A DNA stretch of 39,027 nt from Octopus sinensis (Eukaryota), in NCBI RefSeq assembly GCF_006345805.1, contig NW_021836856.1:1-39027 (forward strand). Reading direction: 5' to 3'. The number at the start of each line of letters is the position of its first letter. Positions within the stretch are counted from its first letter, which is position 1. Positions 36,986-39,027 of the stretch are shown one piece after another. The position numbers and the translations under genes are program-made. The notes beneath the pieces are model-generated. The model saw only the letters and a list, made by a program, of their open reading frames with translations, was not told the DNA's origin and searched no databases.

Positions 36986-37776
36986 TATATATGCGTGTGT
37001 AAATGTGTGTGTGTATCAATCTTTTTATCTATTTTTCTGTCTATCTATCTATGCCTATGTGTGTGTGGGTGTGTATGTATAGAAGTATATGTATGTATGC
37101 ATTCATATATGTATGTATGCATACATGCTTATGTATTTATGAAATGGCAAGAAATTTAACCATGCTTGCACCTGAGACATACAACTAAACTGTCTTATGC
37201 AAGTAAATGCATTTATATATAGAAATATATATACACACCCTGGTCTACCTCTCCCTATGTACGCACCACCACACACATAGACACACACACACACATGCAT
37301 ATTTGTATGGAATACAATATCAAATGTTACATTGACATCACTTCATATACAAGTAAGATTTTCGCACTGTTTCTATGTATGCTTTAGCGTATACTACATG
37401 TATGATTGTTAATAATAAATGAATTACAGTTTTTTTAGTTATTCATTGTAATACATATAAGAATGTGGCTGAATTGTATACCTCCGCTTCGAATCTGCTT
37501 AACTCTATCAAGAGCCACATCTGTCAAAGAGCATATTCTTTGAAAACAGTCACCTGGAGTTTCCAAAACAGATGTTTATTCTGTTTCTATCTAGATACTA
37601 ATAAAGTAGATGGTACCCTGTGTTATATTCTCTCCTACACACGCACACACACACTCTCTCCCTCTCTCTCTCTGTTTCACTAAATACATATCTATATATA
37701 ATGGGAGAAAGGGAGAGAGATAGAGATAGACATATATATATAAGATATATATATATATATAGATTATATATGTATA

Positions 37777-37813
<37 letters not shown>

Positions 37814-37872
37814 TATATATGTATGTAATATATATTATATATATATAGAATATTATATATATATATTATATA

Positions 37873-37924
<52 letters not shown>

Positions 37925-39027
37925 TAATATATATATGCACACATATACTTGCATAATTACGCACACAAATTTACCAACCCTTATTTGTCATGCATGCATG
38001 ATATTTGCATTTTATATATATATATATATATATGTATGTGTATGTGTATATTATAGATATATAGGGCGTGGCGGCGTGTGTGTGCGTGCTTCTGTGTGCG
38101 TGTGTGTGAGAGTTCCGCGCGTGTGCACAATATTACATACACATAGTTCCAAACATAAACCTAGGTGTGTATGCGTATATGAATGCATGCATGTATTTAA
38201 GTCCCATCTACGCATATACACGCTCACATGCATGGGTTATCTTTGAGAAAAAGAGAGACAGACAGACAGAGCGTTTTTAAAGAGACAGTATTATGAACTA
38301 AAAAGCGGAATATTGACGGTGTGAGACAAATGGATATTGCTGTAACTCAGTTAAACAGTTGCTAAACACCATATACCTATACATATTTTTGCCTATGCGT
38401 ATATATTCATATCTTTGGATCCTGCACTGCATTAAAAATGTCTTTAAGTAATAAGTACACATACATCCCACACGCATATATATGTAGAGAAACTGTAGGG
38501 GATATATATATAGATATATATATATATATATATATACATATGTTTATGTCTGTACGTTTTGGCGGTATTGATGTGTACAAGTGAAATAGGTTTTACGTAT
38601 TATATATAGGTATGCCACTTTGTGTGTGGGTGAATGTGATTATATTGTTGTGATCTAAATAGCGCTATTTCCCTCCTCTATATTCTCACTGAGCTGGTCA
38701 ATAAAACCGAATCACCTCGACTTTACCCCATTAGAGAATGTCAGATAAAAGGAATTTGGGGTAATTAACGCCGAGAAATAAGGAAATATAGAGAGTATTC
38801 TACAGGAAGTAAAGAGAAGGGTAATGGAAATGAAAACTGCGATATGGCGTCCAATTTGTCACACCTTTCTTCGTTAATTCGCGCCATTAGAAAGAAAAGA
38901 CGGCCATTTTTCTTCACTTCTATTATCGTAATATGCAAGTTAATATTCTTCGTTTAGGTTCAGCATCTTTTTCTCTTTCTTGCAAGCGAGTGTTCTCTTT
39001 GACTCTCTGCCAGTGCGTATGTTTGGA

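Overview
AT-rich eukaryotic genomic DNA that is extremely rich in microsatellites, probably intronic or intergenic. The SINE families and repeat landscape resemble a coleoid cephalopod such as Octopus; this is inference from recalled repeat families, not a database result. No host protein-coding gene can be called confidently, and most ORFs in the six-frame track are translations of (TA)n, (TG)n, (TCTA)n, (ATT)n or (GAGT/GAAT)n tracts. Coding signal comes from mobile elements. These are a 5'-truncated R4/Dong-clade retrotransposon with a 493-aa open frame (27933-29414, minus), two older Dong-type remnants, a CR1/L2-group LINE fragment (3092-4036), a Penelope-like GIY-YIG remnant (about 21935-23195), and an internally deleted pogo-type transposon (32019-32982) that keeps only a 57-aa DNA-binding ORF. 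There are also many tRNA-derived SINEs, a TA-flanked MITE, a ~1.1 kb tandem duplication and a tetranucleotide satellite with a ~180 bp higher-order period. The most interesting signals are two minimal type I hammerhead-ribozyme-like motifs (22061-22145 minus; 6646-6683 plus), each ~100-130 bp upstream of a (TA)n tract, and three long spacer-less or nearly spacer-less palindromes (20619-20802, 23854-23975, 33131-33339). These may be products of one Penelope-like retroelement system, which is a hypothesis.
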